A DNA stretch of 64,000 bases, from the IMG/VR virus record IMGVR_UViG_3300030109_005647, positions 74,596 through 138,595 of that record, one strand, 5' to 3'. Under the pieces are notes generated by a model. That model searched no databases. It saw nothing but the letters and a program-made list of their open reading frames with translations, and was not told the origin of the DNA. Shown here piece by piece: positions 1-11,000 of this stretch (position 1 is its first letter; each line of letters begins with the position of its first letter). Origin of the DNA: a virus. The translations under genes and the position numbers were made by a program.

Positions 1-233
1 TTCGAGGTATTGTTTGTAAACGCCTCAAACACCGGTGTTTGTAATATCTCCAAATCATAATATGCTGACCCTGATGGGTGGTTTCCATTATAAGAGGAAT
101 AATCAATCTCATCATCACCAAATGCAAATTTTGTAATCTTAAATGAACCGTCACCTCTCGCCAAACGTAGACGACCAGTATCGGTTAAAACCGCGTCTAA
201 AATTATATCACCTGAATTGTCTAAGAAAGCCAT
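1..233 (-). CDS. Conserved phage baseplate/tail-fibre-collar-like structural protein (N-terminal part; runs off window start)
   Basis: Not in ORF track; translated by hand: MAFLDNSGDIILDAVLTDTGRLRLARGDGSFKITKFAFGDDEIDY...; SD GAGGAG upstream; LTxxGRxxLA...ITxFAxGD pattern of tail-collar/baseplate N-termini. Confidence 0.7.
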   Translation of the reverse strand, partial: MAFLDNSGDIILDAVLTDTGRLRLARGDGSFKITKFAFGDDEIDYSSYNGNHPSGSAYYDLEILQTPVFEAFTNNTS

Positions 234-252
234 ACGTGTTCTCCTCTTTAAC

Positions 253-260
253 TAAATAGT
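253..260 (-). promoter_or_regulatory. Candidate late promoter ACTATTTA
   Basis: Motif recurs in intergenic gaps; 19 nt upstream of ATG at 233. Confidence 0.55.
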
Positions 261-261
261 A

Positions 262-3200
262 TTATAGATCATTTATGATGTTTTTTGGTGTTTTGACTGT
301 AAAATTAATATCTATTTTCTTGCCTGTTTGCTTTGATGTAATTCTTAATTTATATTTTTTACCAAAAACTGTATTTCCACTTGGATCGCCTAGTTCAACC
401 TTTGTAGAAATAAAATTGCCGGTGCCAGTGCCGGTTTCTTGATTTATCTCAAGATTGTCGTAACGCACTGTGTTTTGTAATTGGCTTGGTTGTATTAGTA
501 AATACTTTTCAAAATTCTTAAATGAAGAAAATTTTTCATTATTTTGTTTTTTAATCGTATCTTCTATATCATACACCTCTATTTTTGTATACGGCGCCAC
601 TCCTATGTTTTGCACAATTTTAATTTTATATATTGAAGAAGGATTAGAAAGTTTATCATGAATGTCTCTAAATCTAAAAGTATAATAGTAATCTACATTT
701 GGAATAATTGTATCTTGTAGGCTGGTATTTCCTTGCTCTAAAATATAAGATGTAAGACTGACATCTGTTTGAAAATCCGAGTATGAAGCAGGGGCGTTTA
801 AAACCCTGTATACCTCATAACTACCGATAGAGTCATCAGACTTAAAGGTTATTTTTTTACCATACTCTACATCTTGCGTTATAGAGGCTAATTTAAAAAC
901 CTCTTCATCGTTTGCAAATATAGGTTTTGGTATTTGTTGCAATTCACCTGTTGACAGCCCAAACAAAAACAATATTTTATCGTTAACATTTCTGTAAGGT
1001 ATCGCATTAACCTGTGGTGGTAACGGTGGCGAATCCTCCACACGAGTGTAATTTAACTCGTCAGTCTCAATATTGACCTCTTTCGTGTTGTAATATGGCA
1101 CCCTTACAAATTGCATGTAAGGTGCTACTTGATATCTTAATCTAAAATGTTTTTTAGACTCATCAGATGCAACATAAGGTGGCACAAAGTTAAGTAAAGT
1201 AACAGCTTTGTTTTCTTCAGGGGTGTCTTTTATCATTTTATACTCTGTCCCAACAACAACCTTGTGAGCAAAGATTTTATAAAAATAATTTTTATATGGT
1301 ATTATTTGTGTATCGTAATAAGAAGTATTTTCTTTTTCGGTTATTGGCAAAAATATGCTTTGTAGATACCGCTCAACGCCGTCAGAGTCAATCTTATACT
1401 TGGCTATTTCATACATTAAAGTTTCTTGATGAGCTAGCTTACCAGTATTTATATCGTATGGTGATCTTAAAAGCTTTTCTTCAAGTAATAATTCTTCTAG
1501 TTGCTTGTTGTAGACTTCTATTTTCAACTTTTGTATTAGATCTGCCAGTTCGCCTTCTATGTTCATATTGTCATCAGCGTCTTTATACACAAATAGATTC
1601 TTTGAAGTGTTTGAAAATTTAAAAGCCATTGTGTCAAGAAACACATCGGAATCATATGATGGTGTTATGGGCATCAAATCAGGATTAATATTAGCCTGTG
1701 GAAGAAACTGGTCTCTAAAATAGAGCTTGAAGGTTGGAAGATTAACTCCTGAATAGATATTATAATTTGTAGTATCTACACCATTTATTAAAGCGCCATA
1801 AAACTTAGCAAATGTTTTTTGACTATCCTCTGTTACGTTGTTCTCTGAGGTTATGTTTGGAATGGTGACGGATGCTGCGTATGTGTTAACTCCATCCAAT
1901 AGGTTATTTTTTGAAAATAATTTGGCAATTGGTCCTTTAGTTTCATTTGGTATATTGATCTTGACTAGATAAGGAAAAATATTATTTTTATCTAGAGCCT
2001 GATTAAAGATGTCAATTGATTTTTCAGAAAAATATATGCCAGTTTTCATTTGTTGTATCCATCTAGGAACAGTTTGGCTTTTATCGTTTATAAGTTGCAA
2101 AGGAAAATTTTGTTTATCATTTTCCAAAAGAAGCATAAAGTTTTGTTTTGATACATCATTTACATTAGCAGCCTCATTTTTAGGAGCAAGCTGTCCCAGT
2201 GTATCATCAGTTGGGGATATAGTTTTGGCACCGATTAAGCCATCGTCAGTGACAAAATATTTTTCTTTTACACTTTGAATTGTCTCTATTGGGGAGTCTT
2301 CTATCAAATACTTCTCATACAACTGAGAGTAGTTATCTAGATAATCATTTAAATTAGATAACGTAATGTCCTCAATATCAAAGCTTGGTAAGCCTAAAAA
2401 AGTTCTTATTGACTCTTTTTGAGTCTCTAAAAATAAAAAGTCATATATACTTGGTAAAGATTTTTCATCTACAATAAAGTTTTCTATAATTCCTATCGAT
2501 ACCGGTTCATACTGCGGATCATAGTAGTTATAAATTTTATCATAAGTTGGCTGCACGGCTGTCTTAACACCTAAAGATTTATTATTTATATTCTCTTTAA
2601 GATCCGTCTTAAAATCATAAGGCACGCCATATTTTGTTGCAGCATTAAATTGCACACCTTGACCATCTAAGGTTTGTAAATTATCAAAGTAAGGTTGAAA
2701 TATTTTAGAATTTACTGTAGCTTCAAACGTTTCATCGTTAGCTAATCCAATAGCAGTGTTAAATAAAGGCAGAACTTGATTAAAATCAGCAGTAACATAA
2801 TCTTTACTTGTGTATACAAACTTGCTATTTGTTTTTTTTAAGTCATAATCTAAATCAAACTTCTTTTGCGCATCTACGCTTGTCGGCATAATTTTTTTAA
2901 AAAACACATTTAGGCTATATGTCGTGTTGTCGGGAATATTTAATCTGTATTCACCAGTAACTTTTATATTTCTATATTCTATCGTTTTATTATCAAAAAC
3001 AAATATGTTTCTTTGTCTTGGATCGTCACCAGGATCGTTACTAGATACTTTTAAATCAATGTCTAGTTTATTTATATTTGCAGAAGAGTTCTCTACAAAC
3101 CCATTTTCTGTCTCAGTTCTTTCAATTGATTGTAGAGAAGATGGAAAGTCAAAAGAATCTGGTCCAAAAACTTGATATTTTACTTGATTTGGCGCTACTA

Positions 3201-3351
3201 ATTCTATTAGTGCCGATACCGCTGTGACATTTTTGAAATCCTCACCCAATACAGCATCTACATCATCTAGACTTGCTGCGGCGGTGGCTCGAATACTGTT
3301 TGGATTATCAAAAAGATAAATATAGTTTGTGTAGTTGGCACTAGTAAACAC
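262..3351 (-). CDS. Large putative virion structural protein with FN3-like C-terminal segments
   Basis: ORF 262..3399; likely GTG start at 3351 after SD GGGAGG; PPLPPQV and DTIIPNVDYYYTFRFRD...SNPS resemble FN3-type strands; lies in the structural module. Confidence 0.55.
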   Translation of the reverse strand: MFTSANYTNYIYLFDNPNSIRATAAASLDDVDAVLGEDFKNVTAVSALIELVAPNQVKYQVFGPDSFDFPSSLQSIERTETENGFVENSSANINKLDIDLKVSSNDPGDDPRQRNIFVFDNKTIEYRNIKVTGEYRLNIPDNTTYSLNVFFKKIMPTSVDAQKKFDLDYDLKKTNSKFVYTSKDYVTADFNQVLPLFNTAIGLANDETFEATVNSKIFQPYFDNLQTLDGQGVQFNAATKYGVPYDFKTDLKENINNKSLGVKTAVQPTYDKIYNYYDPQYEPVSIGIIENFIVDEKSLPSIYDFLFLETQKESIRTFLGLPSFDIEDITLSNLNDYLDNYSQLYEKYLIEDSPIETIQSVKEKYFVTDDGLIGAKTISPTDDTLGQLAPKNEAANVNDVSKQNFMLLLENDKQNFPLQLINDKSQTVPRWIQQMKTGIYFSEKSIDIFNQALDKNNIFPYLVKINIPNETKGPIAKLFSKNNLLDGVNTYAASVTIPNITSENNVTEDSQKTFAKFYGALINGVDTTNYNIYSGVNLPTFKLYFRDQFLPQANINPDLMPITPSYDSDVFLDTMAFKFSNTSKNLFVYKDADDNMNIEGELADLIQKLKIEVYNKQLEELLLEEKLLRSPYDINTGKLAHQETLMYEIAKYKIDSDGVERYLQSIFLPITEKENTSYYDTQIIPYKNYFYKIFAHKVVVGTEYKMIKDTPEENKAVTLLNFVPPYVASDESKKHFRLRYQVAPYMQFVRVPYYNTKEVNIETDELNYTRVEDSPPLPPQVNAIPYRNVNDKILFLFGLSTGELQQIPKPIFANDEEVFKLASITQDVEYGKKITFKSDDSIGSYEVYRVLNAPASYSDFQTDVSLTSYILEQGNTSLQDTIIPNVDYYYTFRFRDIHDKLSNPSSIYKIKIVQNIGVAPYTKIEVYDIEDTIKKQNNEKFSSFKNFEKYLLIQPSQLQNTVRYDNLEINQETGTGTGNFISTKVELGDPSGNTVFGKKYKLRITSKQTGKKIDINFTVKTPKNIINDL

Positions 3352-3562
3352 TACTACCACCTCCCGTAAGGTTTTGTGGCACGAGTGGAGTAATCTCATT
3401 TACACTTAGAGATTCGGCGCTTTGAGGATCCTGAAGTTCACTTGGAAGAGGCTGGTTTTGTTGGTTTTGATCTGTCACCTGAACACCAGAAAAGGTATTA
3501 GAGGTTACGTTTTTTAAGTCTTGTAATATCATATTAAAAGAAGTGTTTACAAAATCTTCCAT
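3341..3562 (-). CDS. Small low-complexity (Q/N/P/S) hypothetical protein
   Basis: 73 aa ORF; TAATG overlap with the upstream stop; its stop overlaps the next start. Confidence 0.5.
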   Translation of the reverse strand: MEDFVNTSFNMILQDLKNVTSNTFSGVQVTDQNQQNQPLPSELQDPQSAESLSVNEITPLVPQNLTGGGSSVY

Positions 3563-6500
3563 TATGTCCCGCCTCCTGGTAGCAATCCAGGTAACGGACC
3601 ACCTGGAGCTTGTAAATTAGATGGATCTTGAGCGATTACTTGCACTGGTCCGGTATTTAATTGTGTTTGACCTATGGCTTGTCCTGGGGTTATCACATTG
3701 TCTCCTGTGTCTGTAGACTGTTGGCTCAATATAAAGTAATTATTAACCAAAGGAAGATTTGCTTCGTTCACTAATTTCTTATTTATGTAATATGAATAGT
3801 TATATCTTACCAACCTACAAAGTGTTTTTTTAACAGAAGAAGTTGGGTCTGACAAGCTATCTAAGAGTTCTTTGTTTACAACCTTCCACACTGGCTTGTT
3901 TACATTTCTTCTAGTTATTGTTTTCTGCGGTCCCTGTTCATAAGGATTGGACTTATCTTTTAAGTATACGGTTTCGTTTGACTCTTCAAAACCACTTAGA
4001 TACTCTACTCTAACTATGTTTTGATGCTTAAACCAGAAAAATGAAAGCAATAGAGGGTTGATCACGCCATTTCTAATATAGTTTTGATCAGTAGCGGAGT
4101 AATCTCTAAATGGTCCTATGTTATCAGTGGTAGTTGCCAAGCTTAAAACCTGTAATGGTGGCAGAGTTGGTAGACCGCCGATAGAGTGAACAAAAAAGAA
4201 AGTTAAATTGCCAAAAATTCCTGATGGGTAGGGTAGAAAATCTTCTTTAGACATGTTCAATTTGAAAGATCCTGCTTCAGAAAACAACTTTCTATTTACA
4301 AAAGATGATATTAAAAAATTGTCGGCTGCAGTGAAAATCTGTAAATCTGGCTTTGGTAAAAAAGTATTTCCTATCAAATTTTGTATGCCGGGTGATATTA
4401 AACTCTGGATGCCCTCATTTTCAGAACTGCTCTCTTGGTTGGTATCTTCTTCTACTAGACCGTTACTATCTGATAGATTGATCTTTGTGAGATTGACAAT
4501 ATCAAAACCAGATTTCTTAAGAAAAGACAAGTTATCCTTCTGCAGAGATAGGTTTTGCTTTTTTTGAGCCGATCCGACCTGTTCTGGGTTGATTGAGTTT
4601 TCGATATTAACGTCACTCTTAAATTTTAAAATATTTGTAAAAACACGTTGAGCAATTGTTTCAACTGGTGTTGAATTATTGAAAAATGAATAATCCAAAA
4701 CAGTTGTGGGAAGCATAACACAAGACTTGATAAACTTTATTGGTAAATTTAAGTATGAATAAACTGATGTTTCTGGTATAGCCGTAGATAGTCCTTTCGA
4801 CGTAAACGCCTCTTTCAAAGATTCTGATGTGGTATTTCCATCAGTAGCAGACTTTGGAATTATTTTTGAAAATAAAAATAAACAAGAGTTTTTATAATCA
4901 TCAACAAGAACCTCTGTAAAATTAAAGGTTCTTCTTCCCGAGACCCCCTCTAGTGTAAGAGTGCTGTCTTGAAAGTTTTTATCTAGATATCCGAGAAAAT
5001 CATAGCCATGATCAGTAGCAATAAATTTGTTATTATCTTTACTACTAACTTGTATAATTTTAGTGCCTAAAGAAGCTTCTATGTTGCCTTGCTGTTTTAA
5101 TTGACCGTAAAATTGTGGATTTGTAGATTTTGCCGGTTTAGATCCAAAGCTGCTAAGAGTTTGTAACAACTTGGACTTTAAATCGGTCAAGAAATCCTCC
5201 AACAAAAGTAAATCAGTTAATGTCGCAGTGTATAGGTTTGATAACTTTAAAAAGTAATTAACAAAATCAATGACAGATACATCTGGAGAATAAAAGAAAG
5301 TAAACACACTAAAGTCTGGAGATGCAAAATAATCGTAAACATCCTTTATGACTGTGTAGCTATCTGCTAGTTCCGTAACGGGAACTTGATCGTAGGGTGA
5401 TTGATTATTTACAATTTTTTGGATAGTTAAACTTTTTAACTTCTCGGTTGTGATATCAAATCCGCTTTTTTTATCGTTAGAGGCAAAACTGACCAATCTA
5501 CTGACTGATTCAATGGCTGGAGTGAGACCAAGTACTAATTCTCTAACATAATTAATTGTTGGATCTTTATATTCAACTTCTATTCTATACTTATTCTCAC
5601 TTCCAACAAGCGCTGGAGTAAAATGTTTAAATGAAAAATATTCTAGTCCAGTCGTGCTTTCTGTTTCTGGTAAATCAAAGTTGTTTTTATTTATTACTAT
5701 CTTCTCTTTGTTAGACATGTAGCCAGCTTGATTTTGATTTTTACCTTTTACATCAAAGCTTATAAAAGTTTCGTTTTGAGTTATCTGACCAAGCAGTTCA
5801 TCTTTTTCATAAATTAAAAGCTTTTCTAGCGTCGTTAGCTGCATCATATTATTTAAGAACGATTTATATCCAGATTGTGTAAGTGACTGTTTTGCATTAT
5901 CAAAAAGAAAAGGATAAGCGGTTAAGTTTTTTATAATTTCTAATTTATCTACAACAAATGCGCCTTGTATGTTGGCTTGTTTGTCTTGCGATAAATAGAT
6001 ATCACTAATATAGGTTTTATTTTTTGTTTCGGAAAAATCTAAAATGTTTTTGCTAGCTTGAAACCTAGCCGTTAAAGAATTTAACGTTTCAAAAGATTTT
6101 GTTATGTTTACAATATTTCTTTTAACTTTGTCTTTGACGCGATTGTCGATGTATTTCGTCATCGCAACAATTTTATAATCTAAAGAAGGGTGTGGTTCAT
6201 TAGGAGTATGTTCTGCCCCGACCATAAAAGACTTTGATTCTTCGTGATAATGAACTGGACCAGCCCACACATCACCAGCTTTACCAAACTTTCCTGTAAA
6301 TTGATTAACTTTATCTGGTGGATACTGTGCTAAAGTAAATACTAAACCTTCATTTTGTAAAGACTTATCTAGAATTACTATTTCTCTAGATGGATCTGCT
6401 ATAAAGACATCATTAATACTTTCGTGCTGTATAGCGGTCACAATTATGTAAGCTAAAAACTCCGTGCCTGCTGAGAAATCAAACTCTACTTCTGATATTA

Positions 6501-6975
6501 ATTCTGATAATATTGTGCCATCATCTAGAGTTTCCTCTGGTAATTCTATAACATTTCCACTACTTTTAAAGTTTCCATCCCCAATAAGATTTAAAATCTT
6601 TGTTTGTATATGCGGGTTTAAGCCTGTGTTGTCGGTTGTTAGCTCTACTTTTGTAGCAGTGCTTACCAAGCTATTATAAAACTCTTTATCTGTTATCTGA
6701 TGGACATACGTTTTTACAAATTGTGATAATTCTGAGTCTAGTAATAGTGCCAACTCTGATTGAATATTATAATTTTTTAATATTTTTGCTGATAAAACTA
6801 ACCTACTTGTTGATGAGTCGCCAGGGGTTAAAACGGTTTGAGACGAATTATCATAGTAACCAGGATTGTTGCTTTTAGACTTCACAACCTTCTGTTTATA
6901 ATTTGAATCTAATGTTATCTTTTTAACATAAGTTTTTGGCAATAATTCCTGTGATAAGCTGTTTAATGATATCAT
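3562..6975 (-). CDS. Large putative virion structural protein
   Basis: ORF 3562..6984; likely ATG at 6975 overlapping the upstream TAA; structural context; no catalytic motif recognised. Confidence 0.5.
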   Translation of the reverse strand: MISLNSLSQELLPKTYVKKITLDSNYKQKVVKSKSNNPGYYDNSSQTVLTPGDSSTSRLVLSAKILKNYNIQSELALLLDSELSQFVKTYVHQITDKEFYNSLVSTATKVELTTDNTGLNPHIQTKILNLIGDGNFKSSGNVIELPEETLDDGTILSELISEVEFDFSAGTEFLAYIIVTAIQHESINDVFIADPSREIVILDKSLQNEGLVFTLAQYPPDKVNQFTGKFGKAGDVWAGPVHYHEESKSFMVGAEHTPNEPHPSLDYKIVAMTKYIDNRVKDKVKRNIVNITKSFETLNSLTARFQASKNILDFSETKNKTYISDIYLSQDKQANIQGAFVVDKLEIIKNLTAYPFLFDNAKQSLTQSGYKSFLNNMMQLTTLEKLLIYEKDELLGQITQNETFISFDVKGKNQNQAGYMSNKEKIVINKNNFDLPETESTTGLEYFSFKHFTPALVGSENKYRIEVEYKDPTINYVRELVLGLTPAIESVSRLVSFASNDKKSGFDITTEKLKSLTIQKIVNNQSPYDQVPVTELADSYTVIKDVYDYFASPDFSVFTFFYSPDVSVIDFVNYFLKLSNLYTATLTDLLLLEDFLTDLKSKLLQTLSSFGSKPAKSTNPQFYGQLKQQGNIEASLGTKIIQVSSKDNNKFIATDHGYDFLGYLDKNFQDSTLTLEGVSGRRTFNFTEVLVDDYKNSCLFLFSKIIPKSATDGNTTSESLKEAFTSKGLSTAIPETSVYSYLNLPIKFIKSCVMLPTTVLDYSFFNNSTPVETIAQRVFTNILKFKSDVNIENSINPEQVGSAQKKQNLSLQKDNLSFLKKSGFDIVNLTKINLSDSNGLVEEDTNQESSSENEGIQSLISPGIQNLIGNTFLPKPDLQIFTAADNFLISSFVNRKLFSEAGSFKLNMSKEDFLPYPSGIFGNLTFFFVHSIGGLPTLPPLQVLSLATTTDNIGPFRDYSATDQNYIRNGVINPLLLSFFWFKHQNIVRVEYLSGFEESNETVYLKDKSNPYEQGPQKTITRRNVNKPVWKVVNKELLDSLSDPTSSVKKTLCRLVRYNYSYYINKKLVNEANLPLVNNYFILSQQSTDTGDNVITPGQAIGQTQLNTGPVQVIAQDPSNLQAPGGPLPGLLPGGGT

Positions 6976-8036
6976 TAGTCGCAAACGTCCCTTGTGTCAT
7001 CTTCATCTGCATAGACATTTTCTATCTCTACAGAGTTATTTAGATCCTCACAGTTAAATATTTTAGTATTGTATATTTGTTCTGTTTTATCGCTAGAGAT
7101 AATCGGACATATAATCGATTCGTCTATTTCAGAGTCGACCAAGAAATCAAATAAATAATCAACAGTCTGAGTGTCTATTTTTTCGTCCAAGTTGTCACTA
7201 AACAAATCCTCTTTACTTTTGTAAAAATCTATTGGTGATAATACTTCCTCTATCGAAGCTTGACCATTTTTGCCAATAGTTTCCACATCGGTTACTTCAA
7301 ACATCTCAACTTCAAAGTTTTCCTTACCATAAAATATATTGGACTCTTCTAGTCTAATGATTAAAGCGTCTTTAAATGTTTTTATAGTATCACCATTATT
7401 AAAATCTAGACCATCCAAGAAAAAAGGATCAGTAGCTTGATTAACCTGTTCTGGATATATTTTATTATATTTGTTGTTGTTTCTTACAATCTCATATTCA
7501 ATGTTACTATCTAGTTGCGGGATGTTTAAAAACTTTTCTCCCTTAGAACTGCTAATACTAGTATAATTTACTGAAGCTGATAGTGGTGCCTTTAAAAAAG
7601 CGGCATTCCATGCTGGAGCGTATCCGGCTGACGGATCATAAACAGCCAAAGGCTGTTGTAGTACCTCTGTTTGTTCTGGTCCATCTTGTAAAATTAAATC
7701 CCCTCTTTCTACTGGCGCCTCGAATATACTATTTTCTGTTAAGAATTCAGCGCCTATAATAAGGTCATTAACAATGTTTGGATTCTTATTAAAGATTGCA
7801 ATATCTCTACCAGAATAAACAGGTTGTGCTGTCATTCTAGGAGTGTTCTCTTGAATTCTAGGTTCGATTTCACTTTGAGTTTCAGTTGTTACTCCTGCGA
7901 AAGCATTATCATAAATAATGTCGTCATCAAAAAAGGCATAATAAACAGGCTTTAACTTACCTACGGCAAGCAAATATTTACCGTAAGATGTGAGTTCTAA
8001 ATTTATTACTTGTTCTTTTGGATCTAAATAACTCAA
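6975..8036 (-). CDS. Baseplate/tail-collar-like structural protein, paralog of the 1..233 gene
   Basis: N-terminus MSYLDPKEQVINLELTSYGKYLLAVG...YAFFDDDIIY aligns with MAFLDNSGDIILDAVLTDTGRLRLARG...FAFGDDEIDY; TTG start with GGAG SD. Confidence 0.6.
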   Translation of the reverse strand: MSYLDPKEQVINLELTSYGKYLLAVGKLKPVYYAFFDDDIIYDNAFAGVTTETQSEIEPRIQENTPRMTAQPVYSGRDIAIFNKNPNIVNDLIIGAEFLTENSIFEAPVERGDLILQDGPEQTEVLQQPLAVYDPSAGYAPAWNAAFLKAPLSASVNYTSISSSKGEKFLNIPQLDSNIEYEIVRNNNKYNKIYPEQVNQATDPFFLDGLDFNNGDTIKTFKDALIIRLEESNIFYGKENFEVEMFEVTDVETIGKNGQASIEEVLSPIDFYKSKEDLFSDNLDEKIDTQTVDYLFDFLVDSEIDESIICPIISSDKTEQIYNTKIFNCEDLNNSVEIENVYADEDDTRDVCD

Positions 8037-8046
8037 TTAATAACTC

Positions 8047-11000
8047 CTATTGCCCAAAGGGATCGGAACCGCCAAGGTTGCCAAGCTGCGCTAATGACTG
8101 CCCTACTGCTGTAGCGCTGTCCACTGTTGTCGATGGACCTCCATCTGGTGTGCTTACACCTGCTCCAGTACTACTACCAAAACCGCCTGGACCAGAAGGA
8201 TCTATGAAATCTGTAGTGCCGCCTGCGCCGACTCCAGGTAATGCCGATGCTGGTGTCTCTGGTAGTGGAGCATATTCATTCTGGTCGGCATCAGACTTAG
8301 ACGGTGCGCCAAACTTTTCTTGTATTTCTTGCGTCGGAACTTTAACAGAACCATCTTGCGGGGTCATTGTAATTTCCGCATCTAATTTTACTAGCTCTAC
8401 CATACTAAAGAAATCATATGGCCAGTTATATGTGATATTTGGAAACTGCTGTTGATTTGCAAATTTAAAATCAAACTGACCGCCATCATTAATATTGGTT
8501 GTTCTCTCAAAGTAATTAGTCGCTGCTCGTTTCTTAGCCTTGAATACCATCCATTGTATATCACTAGTATACTCTCGTGATTTAGATATTTGTTCTTCGT
8601 TCCCTAATATCTTTTTGCCATTGATCAAATTCAACTTAAGAGAGTTAAATACTTCGTGTGATATTGTAACTTCATCGCTGTCATGGTAAAATGGTGATGC
8701 TCCAATTGACACTGGGGGTAGGTTTTGCCAAATGTTAGCCAAGTCTTCTTGTGTTAGAGTGCGTGTAAATTCAAAAATATACATGGCAAATGGACCACCA
8801 GGAATTTGTTCAATACCAAGTTTACCAGGAACATTGTTTTTGTAAGTTATAAAGTCCATGTGTGGTGGAATAACATATCTCTGCATTTTGTCTACCATAT
8901 CCACAATACTTTGATCTGCTAATGGATTTTCTGGTAGCGTCCCGTCTCCTGGCTGGTTTCCTTGTAGTATTAATTCTGCCTGATTAACAGCATCTCTGGA
9001 TATTTTAAATGTAACTTTATTACCGCCTACAACTCTAAATGGAATAGCGACCACAGCTTCGCTAATTTCTTTACTTGATCCCACTTTTCCTATGCGTTGT
9101 GGTACTTTACCGTTTGTTTTGTCGAACCCAAGAAGGTCAGCGAGTGAACCAGTGAGGCTTGTATCGTTAACACTAGATGGGTCGGCTATAGAAAGAAACG
9201 CACCATTTGCCTCGTCAATTTCTCCATATTGGTGCCACATGCCAACTCTTCCAGTGTCACCAGTGCTGGCTATTGTTGATTGTGTTACGTTTTTAAAATT
9301 CAACATGGGGCATTCCCATTTTGGCTCAATAATCATAACATCAATTTCATTAATATCTTTTTTAACCGTTTTTGGTTGACCGGTAATCGCATCAAAATCT
9401 GTCTCTAATATTCTTGCCTTTCCAATGTTAAAAGAAGAAGTAAAATGCTGTGCGTATTTTGTGGCGGCTTGGTCAAACGCAGAGCCTTGGGCTCCTTGAA
9501 AGCTAGCGGTTAAATTATTCATTATTTCATCTAAATCGAAATAAGTAAAATCGTCTGGATCGAGCGGTCTATAGGTTAAAGTTAATATTCCTGCGCCCGT
9601 CTTGCTGTCTAGGGTAGCATGTTTATATACAGGAGCGAAAGCTGAGAAGTCGACTGCTGTTCCTACCGGTACGCCATATGCTGATCCTTGTTCATAGTTA
9701 AAGAATGTAGTGTTTTCATTTTTAAAGTTAGGACTATTTGAAATTCTTACCTGCATTGTATACTCTTTAAACGATTCTCCTCCTGGCTGAATTAATTTTT
9801 TAGTATTGCTTGCAAAATCAGGATGATTTGATGGCAACGAGGTCAGTCTTGTCATCCTTCCTTGTGGTAAGAAAAAGTTAATCGATTCTGCGAAGAAATT
9901 ATTTGCCGCTAAGGTATAAAGTAGTGTGCTTTGATTATCTGAAACTTTAAACGTGTATTGTGAGGTACTTTGTAATCCTTCAAACTTCTCTCCAGCATAT
10001 GAAGTACCAAAACCAGAGGCTTGGTTAGCAATTCTAGCATCATTTATATGTAAATCATACCATGTTAAACTTCCAACGTTGCCACCTATATTCCCATCAG
10101 GATCTATAATTGCTTCAAATGGTATTCTTGTAAACGGCTGTGTTCTTTCATAGAAAGGATTAGTGCCTGTAGATGATGTCACATAAGCAACGCTTCTTCT
10201 TGTGTCATTAACAGAATTACTGGGCATTGGAAAGTCAACCGCCAAGCCTGCTTTAATAGAATTATACATTATGCCTGGTGCGTAGAAAGGTGTAAGTCCA
10301 GCGCGTGCTGAACCGCTCGTTAAGTTATTCCCCTCAAATGGTCCTAGATATGAAGCGCTAAATAAGTTTGCCAACTGCGTTGTTCTTTGAGCAGGGTAAA
10401 AACCGTCATAGGGCAAGAACTTTATCAACGATTTACAACGCATAGTAACTCTATCTATCACTGTATCATCTGTTGCGTCCTCTGTGATTTCAAAGAACTT
10501 TAATAAATCAGTAGTGTTATAAACTTTGTAAAATTCTGGATTGGTGGCATCTAAAACAGATGACCCGGTTAAATCTAAGAATGGCTTTGTTGGGTTAATC
10601 TGTGGATTTCGTGCGTTAATATCGAAACCAGTGTTGATGTAATCTGTCATATACTCTGATATTCTAAACTCTGGTATAATAGAATAATCTTTTCCTAGTG
10701 TTCGAATCTCATTAGCATATTCAGCATATGTTGTGTAAGAAGGATTTAGTCCTGATTGTAAGCCGGCATCCCAAGCGGTATCGTTGACGATGCCAATCGT
10801 TGAAGAACTAACCGGCAGCGTGTAAAGAGGGCTAACAAAGTGATCACCGGCAGAGTTCATAAATACTGTACAGTTATTTTGAAGCTCACCTGCGCCATCC
10901 GTACCCTCAAGATTTGCTGCGGCGCTCTTTACGTTTAGTCTCGCATCAAGTGCAAAAATACTTTGCTTTGGAATGGTGAACCCAATAGAATTAACTGCGT

